Source of the DNA: Bacteroidales bacterium
Lineage (GTDB): Bacteria; Bacteroidota; Bacteroidia; Bacteroidales; UBA932
DNA: 64,000 bases
NCBI GenBank assembly: GCA_024398365.1
Contig: JAKSJG010000003.1
Coordinates: 20,960-84,959 of the forward strand
Reading direction: 5' to 3'
Shown here: piece by piece, positions 1 through 9,046 of the stretch
How positions within the stretch are numbered: position 1 is the first letter of the stretch
Layout of the letters: every line of letters starts with the position of its first letter
The notes under the pieces: model-generated
Database searches by the model: none
What the model was told of the DNA's origin: nothing
The model's input: only the letters and a program-made list of their open reading frames with translations
Made by a program: the position numbers and the translations under genes

Positions 1-455
1 TAAGCCCAGAATCCGGCTGTTCCAGCCAGCAGGAGCACAAGGAAGATGATGCGGATGAGCATCGTGTCGATATTGAAATAAATGGCGAGTCCGCTGCAGA
101 CTCCGCCGATGAATTTGTTGTCGCTGTCGCGATAGAATTTTTTGTTTGCTGCGCTGTTCATGTTGTTTTCCTCCTTTGTTTCCTCCCGGGCTTCATCGCC
201 GTTCTGGTCCGGCATTCCGAGCTGTGAGATGATGTCCTCCACCATAGGCAGGGTGATCACTTCCTTGCTTGTATATACTTTTGCAGAAAGGAGTTCGCCT
301 ATGCGGGACTCTACGTCATCCATTACTTCGGAAGTCATATTGCCCATATCCACTCTGCGGCGGAACTCATCAATATAAGCCTGGAGCCTGTTGCAGGCGT
401 CTTCCTCAAAGGAAAAGCTTCTTCCACCGACCCCGGCTTCCACTATCTTTTTCAT
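1..455 (-). CDS. PspC domain-containing membrane protein (3' end runs off the window start)
   Basis: Manual minus-strand translation from the ATG (rc of 453-455): MKKIVEAGVGGRSFSFEEDACNRLQAYIDEFRRR...NKKFYRDSDNKFIGGVCSGLAIYFNIDTMLIRIIFLVLLLAGTAGFWA. The FYR..x..IGGVCxGLAxYFxID motif followed by a hydrophobic helix is the PspC-domain signature. It is absent from the ORF track because it is open at the window edge. Confidence 0.75.
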   Translation of the reverse strand, partial: MKKIVEAGVGGRSFSFEEDACNRLQAYIDEFRRRVDMGNMTSEVMDDVESRIGELLSAKVYTSKEVITLPMVEDIISQLGMPDQNGDEAREETKEENNMNSAANKKFYRDSDNKFIGGVCSGLAIYFNIDTMLIRIIFLVLLLAGTAGFWA

Positions 456-486
456 AGTTCTTGTTGTGATAAATTATTTGTTGGTG

Positions 487-494
487 CAAAGATA
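487..494 (-). promoter_or_regulatory. Bacteroidota -7 box (TATCTTTG on the minus strand) upstream of the PspC-domain gene
   Basis: The plus strand reads CAAAGATA, which is the reverse complement of TAnnTTTG. It lies about 32 nt upstream of the ATG at 455. Confidence 0.45.
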
Positions 495-548
495 TATAAA
501 AAAAACACTACCTTGTATCACAAAGTAGTAAAATTTTAAAAATAATTA

Positions 549-577
549 TAAAAAAAGGACAGCCACGGGGGCTGTCC
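549..577 (-). terminator. Intrinsic terminator downstream of secG
   Basis: An 8-bp GC-rich stem, ggacagcc (557-564) pairing with ggctgtcc (570-577), has a 5-nt loop. It is followed on the minus strand by a T-run (A-run at 550-556 on plus). Confidence 0.7.
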
Positions 578-603
578 TCAAACCTTAAACTTTAGAAAAA
601 GTG

Positions 604-972
604 TTAGTCAGCGTTCTCTGTTGCCTCTGCAGGGGCCTCAGCCTCAGCTGGTGCGAATGTGCCTGCTGGAATTTCAGGGTTGCCCTGATTTGCCTCTGTC
701 TTTTCAATCTGGCTCTTGACAGAAGACTTGTGGCTCACCTTTCGTGGAGTTACGAAAGTGGCGACAACGCAGAGGACCAGAATGGTTATTGCAAGGCCCC
801 ATGTGATCTTCTCAAGGAAGTCAGCTGTCTGGCGTACGCCGAATGTCTGGTTGCCTGCTGCAAAATTTGCTGCAAGTCCGCCGCCTTTGGAATTCTGAAC
901 GAGAACCACGAGGGTGAGAAGGATGCTTGCGATAACTATAATGATCGAAATTGTGATGTATGCTGCTTGCAT
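604..972 (-). CDS. secG: Preprotein translocase subunit SecG
   Basis: 122 aa with an N-terminal TM helix, the VLVQNSKGGGLA motif (SecG hallmark LLQxGKGGGL) and a second TM helix. The tail is low-complexity and Ala/Glu/Pro-rich. Confidence 0.85.
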   Translation of the reverse strand: MQAAYITISIIIVIASILLTLVVLVQNSKGGGLAANFAAGNQTFGVRQTADFLEKITWGLAITILVLCVVATFVTPRKVSHKSSVKSQIEKTEANQGNPEIPAGTFAPAEAEAPAEATENAD

Positions 973-973
973 G

Positions 974-1627
974 TTATTGTTGTTTTATATTTTTTATCTG
1001 TTCAATAAGAGTCGCAAAGTAAGCACTTTTTTTGGGATATAACAAAATTAGTTTTTCGTAAATATCTATCGCTCTTTGATAAAACTCCTGTTCGGTATAA
1101 ATTTTCGCCAATGTTTCGGTGCAGAAAGTGCCGTCTTCGGCCTCCGGAGCCCCTTCGCGGACAGGCTTTTCGCTTACCGTATTGCTCTGCAGGGCGGATA
1201 TCGCCGATACCACAGGATTGAAGGCGAGAGCCGAAGTGTCGAATGCAAGACCCTCATCCTCAAGCTGTTTGTAATCCTCCTTGTCAAAATAGTCACCGTT
1301 GACAACGTAATATCTCTGCTTCCCGGCTGCCGGCTGGCTCTGAACTTCGGCCTGAACCTTCGGCTGAACTGCTGCCGGTTCTTCGATTTTCGGCTTGCTG
1401 ACGCTTGTGCCTGAGGACTTTGACACGAATTTGCGACGTCCGTTGATCTGACGGTAGAATTCTTCCCTGGAGAGCAGATATATGCCGGCTTCGGCAGCTG
1501 CACGGCGCAGGGCGTCTTCACCCATTATACCCTGACGGCGCACGTATTCCTTGCGTGCGAGGGTGAACCAGGGGTACTCTTCGAGCAGATGCTCCAGTTC
1601 CTGAAGGGTGAGTGTCTTGACGTCCAT
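974..1627 (-). CDS. Hypothetical protein with a C-terminal TPR-like helix pair
   Basis: The ORF track gives 974..1654. I prefer the internal ATG at 1627 (MDVKTLTLQELE...), 4 nt after the upstream stop, because the 1654 start overlaps the upstream gene by 23 nt. The C-terminus reads FYQRAIDIYEKLILLYPKKSAYFATLIEQIK. No family is recognised. Confidence 0.6.
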   Translation of the reverse strand: MDVKTLTLQELEHLLEEYPWFTLARKEYVRRQGIMGEDALRRAAAEAGIYLLSREEFYRQINGRRKFVSKSSGTSVSKPKIEEPAAVQPKVQAEVQSQPAAGKQRYYVVNGDYFDKEDYKQLEDEGLAFDTSALAFNPVVSAISALQSNTVSEKPVREGAPEAEDGTFCTETLAKIYTEQEFYQRAIDIYEKLILLYPKKSAYFATLIEQIKNIKQQ

Positions 1628-1631
1628 AGGC

Positions 1632-2150
1632 TTACCAGTTGGCGACGGTGGCATTGAAGATATCTTCCACCAGTTTTTCTATTATGGTGTCGCAGAGGCC
1701 GGCTTCGACGGCGTCAAGGGAGTTCGTCGAATCGTAGTCCTCGTATGCCGCGAAACTCTTCTCGAAGTTGTCCTCCGGATGCTTTTCGTTGGTGAATTTC
1801 ACCTTGACGGTCACGGTGAGCCTGTTGAGCGCAGCAACTTCGTTGGCTGTCACGGCAGCGGCCGATACCTGATATGACTCTATGGTGGCCAGTACATACA
1901 GGTCACCTTCATCCTCCACCTGCTCGAGCTTTGTGAGTTTCTTGTATTTGTCGCACATGGACTCGAAGAGGCTGTTGGCGAGGCTCGGGTTGACCTTCAT
2001 GGCCTTGTTTTCCACCGGCTCTATGCAGATGGACTTGACGTCAGGCTGTATGGATGTTCCGCTGAAGGAATAGATTCCGCAGCCGCCGGCAAGCAGTGCC
2101 ACCGCGGCTGTCAGGATGACGGTCAGCAGATATGATTTCATCTTTCTCAT
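1632..2150 (-). CDS. LptE-like LPS-assembly lipoprotein
   Basis: The start is trimmed to MRKMKSYLLTVILTAAVALLAGGCGIYSF (lipobox LAGGC). The ATG overlaps the upstream stop in an ATGA junction. Size (~172 aa) and position between a sigma-54 activator and secG match the conserved Bacteroidota arrangement. The family call is from memory of that synteny. Confidence 0.6.
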   Translation of the reverse strand: MRKMKSYLLTVILTAAVALLAGGCGIYSFSGTSIQPDVKSICIEPVENKAMKVNPSLANSLFESMCDKYKKLTKLEQVEDEGDLYVLATIESYQVSAAAVTANEVAALNRLTVTVKVKFTNEKHPEDNFEKSFAAYEDYDSTNSLDAVEAGLCDTIIEKLVEDIFNATVANW

Positions 2151-3307
2151 AATCCAAGTTCTTTGATTTTGCGATACAGCGTCCTTTCGGATATGCCGAG
2201 CTCGGCTGCGGCTTCCTTGCGGTTGCCCTTGTGGCGTTCCAGGGCGAGGCGTATCATGTCCGAACTTCTTTCGTATATGGAGAGGCTTTCCTTTTCCGCG
2301 GGCCATTCCGTACTCGGGGATGTGCGCACGTCCTCCGGCCTGATGATGATCTGGTTGGTCGGAACTATGCTTTCGTGGTCCAGGTCCTCCGGCTTGATCA
2401 TTCCTGACTTCAGGGCATCGACTTCCTGCCTCAGCTGGAAGAGTATCTTGAATATCAGGTCGCGGTCAGCCTGGTAGTCAGCATTGGTCTGGCTGTCGGA
2501 TATCCTGACGGGCAGGGATTCCGCACCGTTGTTCGGCAGGTATCTGCGCAGCGTGTCCGCAGAAATCTCCCTGTTGTGCTCAAGTATGGAAATCTGCTCC
2601 GCAACGCTCTTGAGCTGGCGGATGTTGCCCGGCCAGCGGTAATTCTCGAGTACCTCGCGCGCTTCGGGAGTCAGCTTTACGGCCGGCATCATGTAGCGGT
2701 CCGCGAAGTCCAGGGCGAATTTGCGGAAGAGCTGATGTATGTCCCCCTTCCTTGCCCTGAGCGCGGGGATGGTGATAGGCACGGTGTTGAGGCGGTAATA
2801 CAGGTCTTCGCGGAAGCGGCCCTGCTGAATGGCCTTTGTCAGGTTGACGTTGGTGGCCGCAATGACGCGCACGTCGGTCTTCTGCACCTTTGAAGAGCCT
2901 ACTTTGAGGAATTCACCGCTCTGCAGCACGCGGAGCAGTCTCACCTGGGTGGACATAGGCAGCTCAGCCACCTCGTCAAGGAAGAGGGTGCCGCCGTCAG
3001 CCTCCTCGAAATAGCCCTTGCGGGCTTCGGTGGCGCCGGTGAAGGAACCCTTCTCATGGCCGAACAGTTCGGAGTCTATGGTGCCCTCCGGGATGGCTCC
3101 GCAGTTGACCGCGATATATACTTCGTGCTTGCGCGGGCTGTTGTTATGGATAATCTTGGGTATGACCTCCTTGCCGACTCCGCTCTCTCCGGTCACAAGT
3201 ACCGAGAGGTCGGTGCCGGCCACCTGCTGTGCTATGCTGATGGCGCGGTCCAGTTCCGGGTCGTTGCCGATAATTCCGAAACGCTGTTTTATCTGATCCA
3301 AGTCCAT
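2147..3307 (-). CDS. Sigma-54-dependent Fis-family transcriptional activator (AAA+ plus HTH, no N-terminal sensor domain)
   Basis: Walker A is GESGVGKE and Walker B is GGTLFLDE. The sigma-54 contact loop reads GSFTGA (a GAFTGA variant). The ESELFGHEKG-type motif appears as DSELFGHEKG, and the C-terminal Fis HTH is AAAELGISERTLYRKIKELGL. Confidence 0.9.
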   Translation of the reverse strand: MDLDQIKQRFGIIGNDPELDRAISIAQQVAGTDLSVLVTGESGVGKEVIPKIIHNNSPRKHEVYIAVNCGAIPEGTIDSELFGHEKGSFTGATEARKGYFEEADGGTLFLDEVAELPMSTQVRLLRVLQSGEFLKVGSSKVQKTDVRVIAATNVNLTKAIQQGRFREDLYYRLNTVPITIPALRARKGDIHQLFRKFALDFADRYMMPAVKLTPEAREVLENYRWPGNIRQLKSVAEQISILEHNREISADTLRRYLPNNGAESLPVRISDSQTNADYQADRDLIFKILFQLRQEVDALKSGMIKPEDLDHESIVPTNQIIIRPEDVRTSPSTEWPAEKESLSIYERSSDMIRLALERHKGNRKEAAAELGISERTLYRKIKELGL

Positions 3308-3348
3308 AAATGCAAAGGTATAAAAATATACTTAATCACGGACATTCT

Positions 3349-4668
3349 CTATCGTGCTCCGCCTCCAAGAGCTTTGTAGAGGGATATCATTCCGTCGAGA
3401 GTGTCATACTGGTCGGATATCTGAAGCAGTCTTGCGGAAAGGAGGGATTGCTGCGCGGTGAGAACTTCCAGATAGGTGGCTCCGCTGTTGTGCATCAGCA
3501 GTTCGGTACTGTTGACCGCGCTTCTCAGGTTTTCAATCTGGCGTATGCGTATATCTGTCTTGCTTTCCGCAGCGCGGCATTTGCCTATGGCATCGTTGAC
3601 TTCCGCACCGGCTTCGAGAAGAGTCTGCTCGAATGCCAGCAGCGCCTCCTCCTGACGGGCCTTCGCTATCTTGAGATTCGCCCTGTTGCGGCCTGCGTTG
3701 AATATCGGCTGGGCGAGGGATGCGCCGAGGCTGACGATGAAATCGCTCAGTACGGGCAGTCCCGCCATTCCGTTGAGAGTCAGCTGGGGATAGAAGCTGG
3801 ATCTTGCGGCTGCGGTGTTGTAGAATGCCTTGCGCAGCTCAAGTTCGGCGCTCATCACATCCGGACGTCTTGAGAGCAGCTGCGCCGGTATTCCGGTAGC
3901 GGTGTCCATTGCGATGGCGGATTTGTCAAATGTCCCGCGTTCGATGTGCTGCGGCTTGAGTCCGGCGAGCAGGCAGATGGTGTTTTCCATCTGCTGTATC
4001 TGGTATTCCAGGTCGAAGAGTGACGCTTCTATGGAGCAGCTGTTGGCCTCGGTCTGTGCCACGGAGGCTTCGTTTGTCATGCCGGCCTCCTTCATTGCCT
4101 TCATTATGCGTACGTTCTCCTTCCAGCTTGCGGCAGTCTGCCGTGATATGGCGAGTTTGCTGTCCAGCATCTCCAGGGTGTAATATGCTCTGGCGATGGA
4201 TGCGATCAGCTCGGTCTCAACGCTCTGCCTGTACACGAGGCTCTGCTCGTATCCGGCCATGGCGCTGCGTCTGGCATTGGTCAGGCTGCCACGGAGGTCG
4301 ATTTCCCAGGAGGCGTTGACAGGAAGGTTCAGTGTGTTTCCGGTCAGGGAGAATGTAGGGTTGAATGATGCGGTGGGGAGCATCGAAAGACGGGCAACGC
4401 TCAGCGATGCTTCAGCCTCGACTACTTTCTGAGCAGCAATGGCGAGATTGCGGTTATTGTCGAGGGCGCATTCGATCAGGTGCTGGAGCGTTGTGTCCTT
4501 GAAGAAATCTCTCCATCCGAGTTCGGCGACGGATGTCGTGTCCGTGACGGCGAAGCCGTACAGGCCGTCGGTGTCTATGTTTTCCGGACGTGAATATTCC
4601 CTGTAAACGGAGCATCCTCCGAGAGTCAGGGCTGCAGCGGCTGCAAATATGGCGAGTCTTGTTTTCAT
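3349..4668 (-). CDS. Efflux transporter outer-membrane factor (TolC/NodT family) lipoprotein
   Basis: The start is trimmed to MKTRLAIFAAAAALTLGGCSVY (lipobox). It makes an ATGA-type overlap with the RND pump stop. Two repeated alpha-barrel halves are typical of OMF proteins, and the gene is last in an MFP-RND-OMF operon. Confidence 0.85.
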   Translation of the reverse strand: MKTRLAIFAAAAALTLGGCSVYREYSRPENIDTDGLYGFAVTDTTSVAELGWRDFFKDTTLQHLIECALDNNRNLAIAAQKVVEAEASLSVARLSMLPTASFNPTFSLTGNTLNLPVNASWEIDLRGSLTNARRSAMAGYEQSLVYRQSVETELIASIARAYYTLEMLDSKLAISRQTAASWKENVRIMKAMKEAGMTNEASVAQTEANSCSIEASLFDLEYQIQQMENTICLLAGLKPQHIERGTFDKSAIAMDTATGIPAQLLSRRPDVMSAELELRKAFYNTAAARSSFYPQLTLNGMAGLPVLSDFIVSLGASLAQPIFNAGRNRANLKIAKARQEEALLAFEQTLLEAGAEVNDAIGKCRAAESKTDIRIRQIENLRSAVNSTELLMHNSGATYLEVLTAQQSLLSARLLQISDQYDTLDGMISLYKALGGGAR

Positions 4669-7600
4669 TCTGTCTCCTCTGTCCTTAAAGGTTTGATCTT
4701 TTCTTCCAGCCACTCGAGTACCACGTACAGGCAAGGAGTGAGGAACAGCAGTCCTATGGTTCCAAGTGTCATACCTCCGATGACACCGGCTCCGATGGTG
4801 TTGTTGCCAATCGCTCCCACTCCGGATGACACCAGGAGAGGGAACAGACCTATGATCATCGTCATCACGGTCATGATGATAGGGCGGAATCTCTCCTTCA
4901 CGGCTGCAATGGCGGAGTGTGCTATGGTATAGCCCTGACGCCTCTTGGTGACGGCATATTCGGTGATGAGGATTGCGGTCTTCGACACAAGTCCTATGAG
5001 CATGATGAGACCGGTCTGCAGGTAGATATTGTTTTCAAGTCCCATAGCCCTGATCAGCAGGAAGCTTCCGAGCAGACCGGTAGGTACTGCGAGCAGTACG
5101 GCCAGAGGCAGCAGGTAGCTCTCGTACAGGGCGCTCAGTATGAGGTATATCAGGACGAAGCAGATGGCGAATATGATGACTGTGTTGTTGGTGTTGGCTG
5201 CTTCCTCCCTGGTGATGCCGCCGAATTCATAAGAGTAGCCTATCGGCAGGGTTTCAGCGGCGACTTCGCTGATGGCATTGATGGCATCGCCGGAAGAATA
5301 TCCTTCGGCGGCGCGGCCGTTGACAGCAATGCTCGGGAACATATTGAAGCGCGAGAGGCTTTCAGGTGCATATATCTTGGTCAGGGTGACAAACTGTGTG
5401 ACAGGAGCCATATCAGAGCCTATCCTGACGAATACGTTGTTGAGTGACTGCATATCCACACGTGACTCCGGTTCTGCCTGGACAATGACATTGTAAAGCT
5501 TGGTGAAGCGGTTGAATTTGGTGGATATTGTACCTCCGAAATATCCGTTCAGCACACTCAGCACCTCTTTCGGGGAGATTCCGGCGCGTTTGCATTTCGC
5601 AGCGTCAAGGTCGATGCGGTACTGAGGGAAGTTAGGATTGAAAGAGGTGTTGGCTGATCCTATCTCAGGTCTTTCCTTGAGATTGTTGAGGAATGCCGAA
5701 GTGATCTGGAACAAGTCTTCCACGCTGCCTCCCTTGGTGTCCTGGACGAACAGCTGGAAGCCGTTGGTGGCTCCGTATCCAGGGATCATCGCCTGTGTGG
5801 AGGTGAAGATGCTGGCATTGTTGATGGAGAGTGTCTGTTCCTTGACCCTGTCCATAATGGCATTCACGCTGTGGCTCTTGCCATGACGTTCGGACCAGTC
5901 CTTGAGACGCAGTGTGAAAGAGCCGTGGGACGCGCCCTGTCCTGCGATGACGCCGAATCCGGCGGTATTGTCATAGTCCCTGCATTCAGGAATCTTCTTG
6001 ATGACATCCTCTTCGATGCGGTCCATTACGCCCTTGGTGTATGCCAGCGAGCTTCCGGCAGGGGTTGTGACATCGATTCTGACGACGCCCATATCCTCCT
6101 GCGGCACGAGACCGGTCTTGGTGGTTATCAGATTGTAGGCCAACAGGCCTATGCTGACGACAATCAGAGCCGGCGCCACCCATTTGTGCCGGATGAAGAA
6201 GGCTGCACCGCTGATATACTTTTCCTTGACGGCATTGAAACCGCTTTCGAAGGCGGTGCTGAAACGTTTGCCGAAGCCCTGCTTTTCATTTTCCTCATTT
6301 TTCGGCTTGAGCAGTATTGCGCAGAGCGCAGGGCTGAGCGTCAGGGCGTTGATGGCAGACAATCCTACGGAGAATGCCATCGTGAGACCGAACTGAGTAT
6401 AGAATGTGCCCGATGTGCCGCCGATCAGCGATACCGGAAGGAACACGGCCATGAAAACGAGCGTACTGGTGATGAGCGCCGCGGTGACATCGTGCATGGC
6501 GTCGGTGGCAGCCTTGCGGCCGTTGGTATAGCCGCTGTCAAATTTGGCGTGCACCGCCTCCACCACGATGATGGAGTCGTCCACGACGACACCGATGGAG
6601 AGCACCAGCGCGAACAGTGTGAGGAGGTTGATGCTGAATCCTGCGAAATAGAGCAGCATGAATGTACCTATGACGGACACCAGTGTGCTGATGAGCGGTA
6701 TGATGGTGGACCTGAATGACTGCAGGAACACGAATACGATGAGAATCACCAGCAGGATGGCCTCGATGAGGGTGCGGACCACTTTTTTGATGGAAGCGTA
6801 GAGGAAGTCGTTGGCATTTGACAGCACGGTGTAGGTGATGTCCGCAGGGAAGTCCTCGGCTGCCTTGGCCATGATCTTGTCGATCTGCTTTATGACTTCC
6901 GTGGCATTGGTTCCAGGTGTCTGGTATATTGAGAAGTTGGCTCCTGGACTCTGGTTGACCTGACCTATGAACTGGTAGGACTGAGTGCCGAGTTCCACTC
7001 TTGCCACGTCCTTCAGGCGGAGGATTTCGCCGTTGGGAAGGGCTTTGATGACGATGTTTTCAAATTCTTCCGGCTTTTCGAGACGGCCCTTGTATCGGAG
7101 GGCGTATTCGAACGTCATATCGGCGTTCTCGCCGAATGAACCGGTGGCGGCCTCGATATTCTGCTCGTTGAGGGCTGCCGTGATGTCGGAAGGTATGAGC
7201 TTGTACTGGGCCATCACGTCAGGCTTCAGCCAGATGCGCATACCGTAGTCGCCTCCACGTACGTCAATGTCACCTACGCCCGGGATTCTTGAGATGGCCG
7301 GAACGAGGTTGATCTTGATATAATTGGCTATGAATACTCTGTCGTATGTGCCGTTCGGGCTGTAGAGCGCAATCTGCTCCAGCACGTTGGTCTGACGCTT
7401 CTTGACGGTGACACCGATCTCGGTCACTTCGGAAGGCAGCTGTCTGGTGGCTCTGGAGACACAGTTCTGGACGTTGACTGCCGCCATGTCCACATTGGTC
7501 CCCTGCTTGAAATAGATTCTGATGCTGGCGCTGCCGCTGTTGGTGGCCGTGGATTCCATGTAGGTCATGTTCTCCACGCCGTTGATGGCCTCCTCAAGAG

Positions 7601-7793
7601 GGACGATTACGCATTTCTGTACGGTCTCGGCACTCGCTCCGGTATAGTTGGTCGAAACCATCACCGTCGGAGGGGCGATGTTCGGATAGCGTTCGATAGG
7701 AAGTGAGACAAGTCCTATGATGCCGCCCAAAACGATGAAGATCGATATTACCGATGAAAGGACCGGCCTGTCGATGAATGTTCTGATGTTCAT
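4665..7793 (-). CDS. RND efflux permease (HAE1, AcrB/MexB-like)
   Basis: 1042 aa. The N-terminus MNIRTFIDRPVLSSVISIFIVLGGI and a 12-TM layout with two large periplasmic loops are typical of AcrB-family pumps. Confidence 0.95.
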   Translation of the reverse strand: MNIRTFIDRPVLSSVISIFIVLGGIIGLVSLPIERYPNIAPPTVMVSTNYTGASAETVQKCVIVPLEEAINGVENMTYMESTATNSGSASIRIYFKQGTNVDMAAVNVQNCVSRATRQLPSEVTEIGVTVKKRQTNVLEQIALYSPNGTYDRVFIANYIKINLVPAISRIPGVGDIDVRGGDYGMRIWLKPDVMAQYKLIPSDITAALNEQNIEAATGSFGENADMTFEYALRYKGRLEKPEEFENIVIKALPNGEILRLKDVARVELGTQSYQFIGQVNQSPGANFSIYQTPGTNATEVIKQIDKIMAKAAEDFPADITYTVLSNANDFLYASIKKVVRTLIEAILLVILIVFVFLQSFRSTIIPLISTLVSVIGTFMLLYFAGFSINLLTLFALVLSIGVVVDDSIIVVEAVHAKFDSGYTNGRKAATDAMHDVTAALITSTLVFMAVFLPVSLIGGTSGTFYTQFGLTMAFSVGLSAINALTLSPALCAILLKPKNEENEKQGFGKRFSTAFESGFNAVKEKYISGAAFFIRHKWVAPALIVVSIGLLAYNLITTKTGLVPQEDMGVVRIDVTTPAGSSLAYTKGVMDRIEEDVIKKIPECRDYDNTAGFGVIAGQGASHGSFTLRLKDWSERHGKSHSVNAIMDRVKEQTLSINNASIFTSTQAMIPGYGATNGFQLFVQDTKGGSVEDLFQITSAFLNNLKERPEIGSANTSFNPNFPQYRIDLDAAKCKRAGISPKEVLSVLNGYFGGTISTKFNRFTKLYNVIVQAEPESRVDMQSLNNVFVRIGSDMAPVTQFVTLTKIYAPESLSRFNMFPSIAVNGRAAEGYSSGDAINAISEVAAETLPIGYSYEFGGITREEAANTNNTVIIFAICFVLIYLILSALYESYLLPLAVLLAVPTGLLGSFLLIRAMGLENNIYLQTGLIMLIGLVSKTAILITEYAVTKRRQGYTIAHSAIAAVKERFRPIIMTVMTMIIGLFPLLVSSGVGAIGNNTIGAGVIGGMTLGTIGLLFLTPCLYVVLEWLEEKIKPLRTEETE

Positions 7794-8923
7794 TGTGCGT
7801 CTCCCGAAATGATATTCTTGATCTCGATGGATGATCCGTCCCTGAGCAGGCCCACGCCTTCGGCGACAATGGTGTCACCGGGTGCAATGCCTGATTCGAC
7901 CACGTATTCCTTGCCGTTGCTTATAGGGAAGACGTCGATCATTGTGGACTTGGCCGCACCGTTCTCAACGGTGAATACGAAGACCTTGTCCTGTATCTCG
8001 TAGGTTGCGGACTGCGGGATGACTATGCAGTCGGAGTGATGGTATGGCATGATGACATTGCCGGAGCCTCCGGAAAGGAGGAGACGGCTCCTGTTGGGAA
8101 ATTTGGCTCTGACGGTAATGGCGCCTGTGTTCGGGTCAATGATGCCGCTGATGGCCTCGATGCGGCCCTGCTCCGGGAATATGGTTCCGTCATTGAGTTC
8201 CAGTTCAATGGACGGAAGGTTCTGCAGGGCGTTCTCGAGTGAGCCGAACTGCCTTGTGAGGGAGAGTACCTGGCTCTCGGTCATGGAAAAATATACATAC
8301 ATCTCGGAGTTGTCCGAAACGCTTGTAAGAGGGGTGGCGTCATTCGGGCCGACAAGGGTTCCCACCCTGAACGGCAGGGTTCCCACGACACCGTCAGCAG
8401 GACTCTTGACCACGGTGTATGCGAGGTTGTTCCGGGCATTGGTCTCGTTGGCCTTTGCAAGGGCGAGCTGTGCCTTCTCCTTTTCAAGCGTGGTTCTGGC
8501 CAGCTGGTATTCGTAGTTGGATATGATGTTCTGGTTGAACAGCTTTTCCTTGCTTTCGAGGGTCAGGGATGCTGCATCCACAGCGGCCTTTGCGACATTT
8601 ACGTTGGCGATGGCTGTCTGGAGAGCGGCCTGATACTGGTCCTGGTCGATGATGAACATGGCTTTACCCTTGCTCACGTAGGAGCCTTCCTTCACGAAAA
8701 TGTCAGTGATGTAACCGCTGACTTTCGGACGTATGTCTATGTCCTGTTTTCCGCGGATAGTGGCTGAGTAAGTCGTACTGAGTTCACGGGATGTCTGTTC
8801 AAGGACGAGTACGTCGTAGGATCGGGTTTTTCCGTCTTCTTTTTTTTCTTTGCATCCGGACATTGTCAGGGCTATTCCGGAAGCCGCCAGGAGGCAGAGG
8901 TGTAACTTTATGCCTGTTTTCAT
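7790..8923 (-). CDS. RND efflux periplasmic adaptor (membrane fusion protein) lipoprotein
   Basis: The ORF-track start at 8935 is a TTG. The ATG at 8923 gives MKTGIKLHLCLLAASGIALTMSGC (lipobox). Motifs of the HlyD/AcrA family are present (IRPKVSGYITDIFVKEGSYVSKG lipoyl-like hairpin, coiled-coil region). Confidence 0.9.
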   Translation of the reverse strand: MKTGIKLHLCLLAASGIALTMSGCKEKKEDGKTRSYDVLVLEQTSRELSTTYSATIRGKQDIDIRPKVSGYITDIFVKEGSYVSKGKAMFIIDQDQYQAALQTAIANVNVAKAAVDAASLTLESKEKLFNQNIISNYEYQLARTTLEKEKAQLALAKANETNARNNLAYTVVKSPADGVVGTLPFRVGTLVGPNDATPLTSVSDNSEMYVYFSMTESQVLSLTRQFGSLENALQNLPSIELELNDGTIFPEQGRIEAISGIIDPNTGAITVRAKFPNRSRLLLSGGSGNVIMPYHHSDCIVIPQSATYEIQDKVFVFTVENGAAKSTMIDVFPISNGKEYVVESGIAPGDTIVAEGVGLLRDGSSIEIKNIISGDAQ

Positions 8924-9016
8924 CTCTATGTGCAATATTTTGAAAATGTAAAGTTACACATAATACACGAATATAAGAAATAGACTGTCCCTGGCAGGAT
9001 ATCGTTGAAAAAATCA

Positions 9017-9024
9017 TATCTTTG
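9017..9024 (+). promoter_or_regulatory. Bacteroidota -7 box TATCTTTG
   Basis: It matches TAnnTTTG and lies 22 nt upstream of the ATG at 9047. Confidence 0.45.
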
Positions 9025-9046
9025 AAAAAAATTCAAATTGACAGAT

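Noticed and set aside
142-457. Plus-strand ORFs at 142..378 and 269..457.
   Set aside because: Both are antisense to the PspC-domain gene, which translates cleanly on the minus strand and carries the family signature.
5871-6719. A 282-aa plus-strand ORF.
   Set aside because: It is antisense to the RND permease and has low-complexity Gly/Asp/His/Glu-rich sequence.
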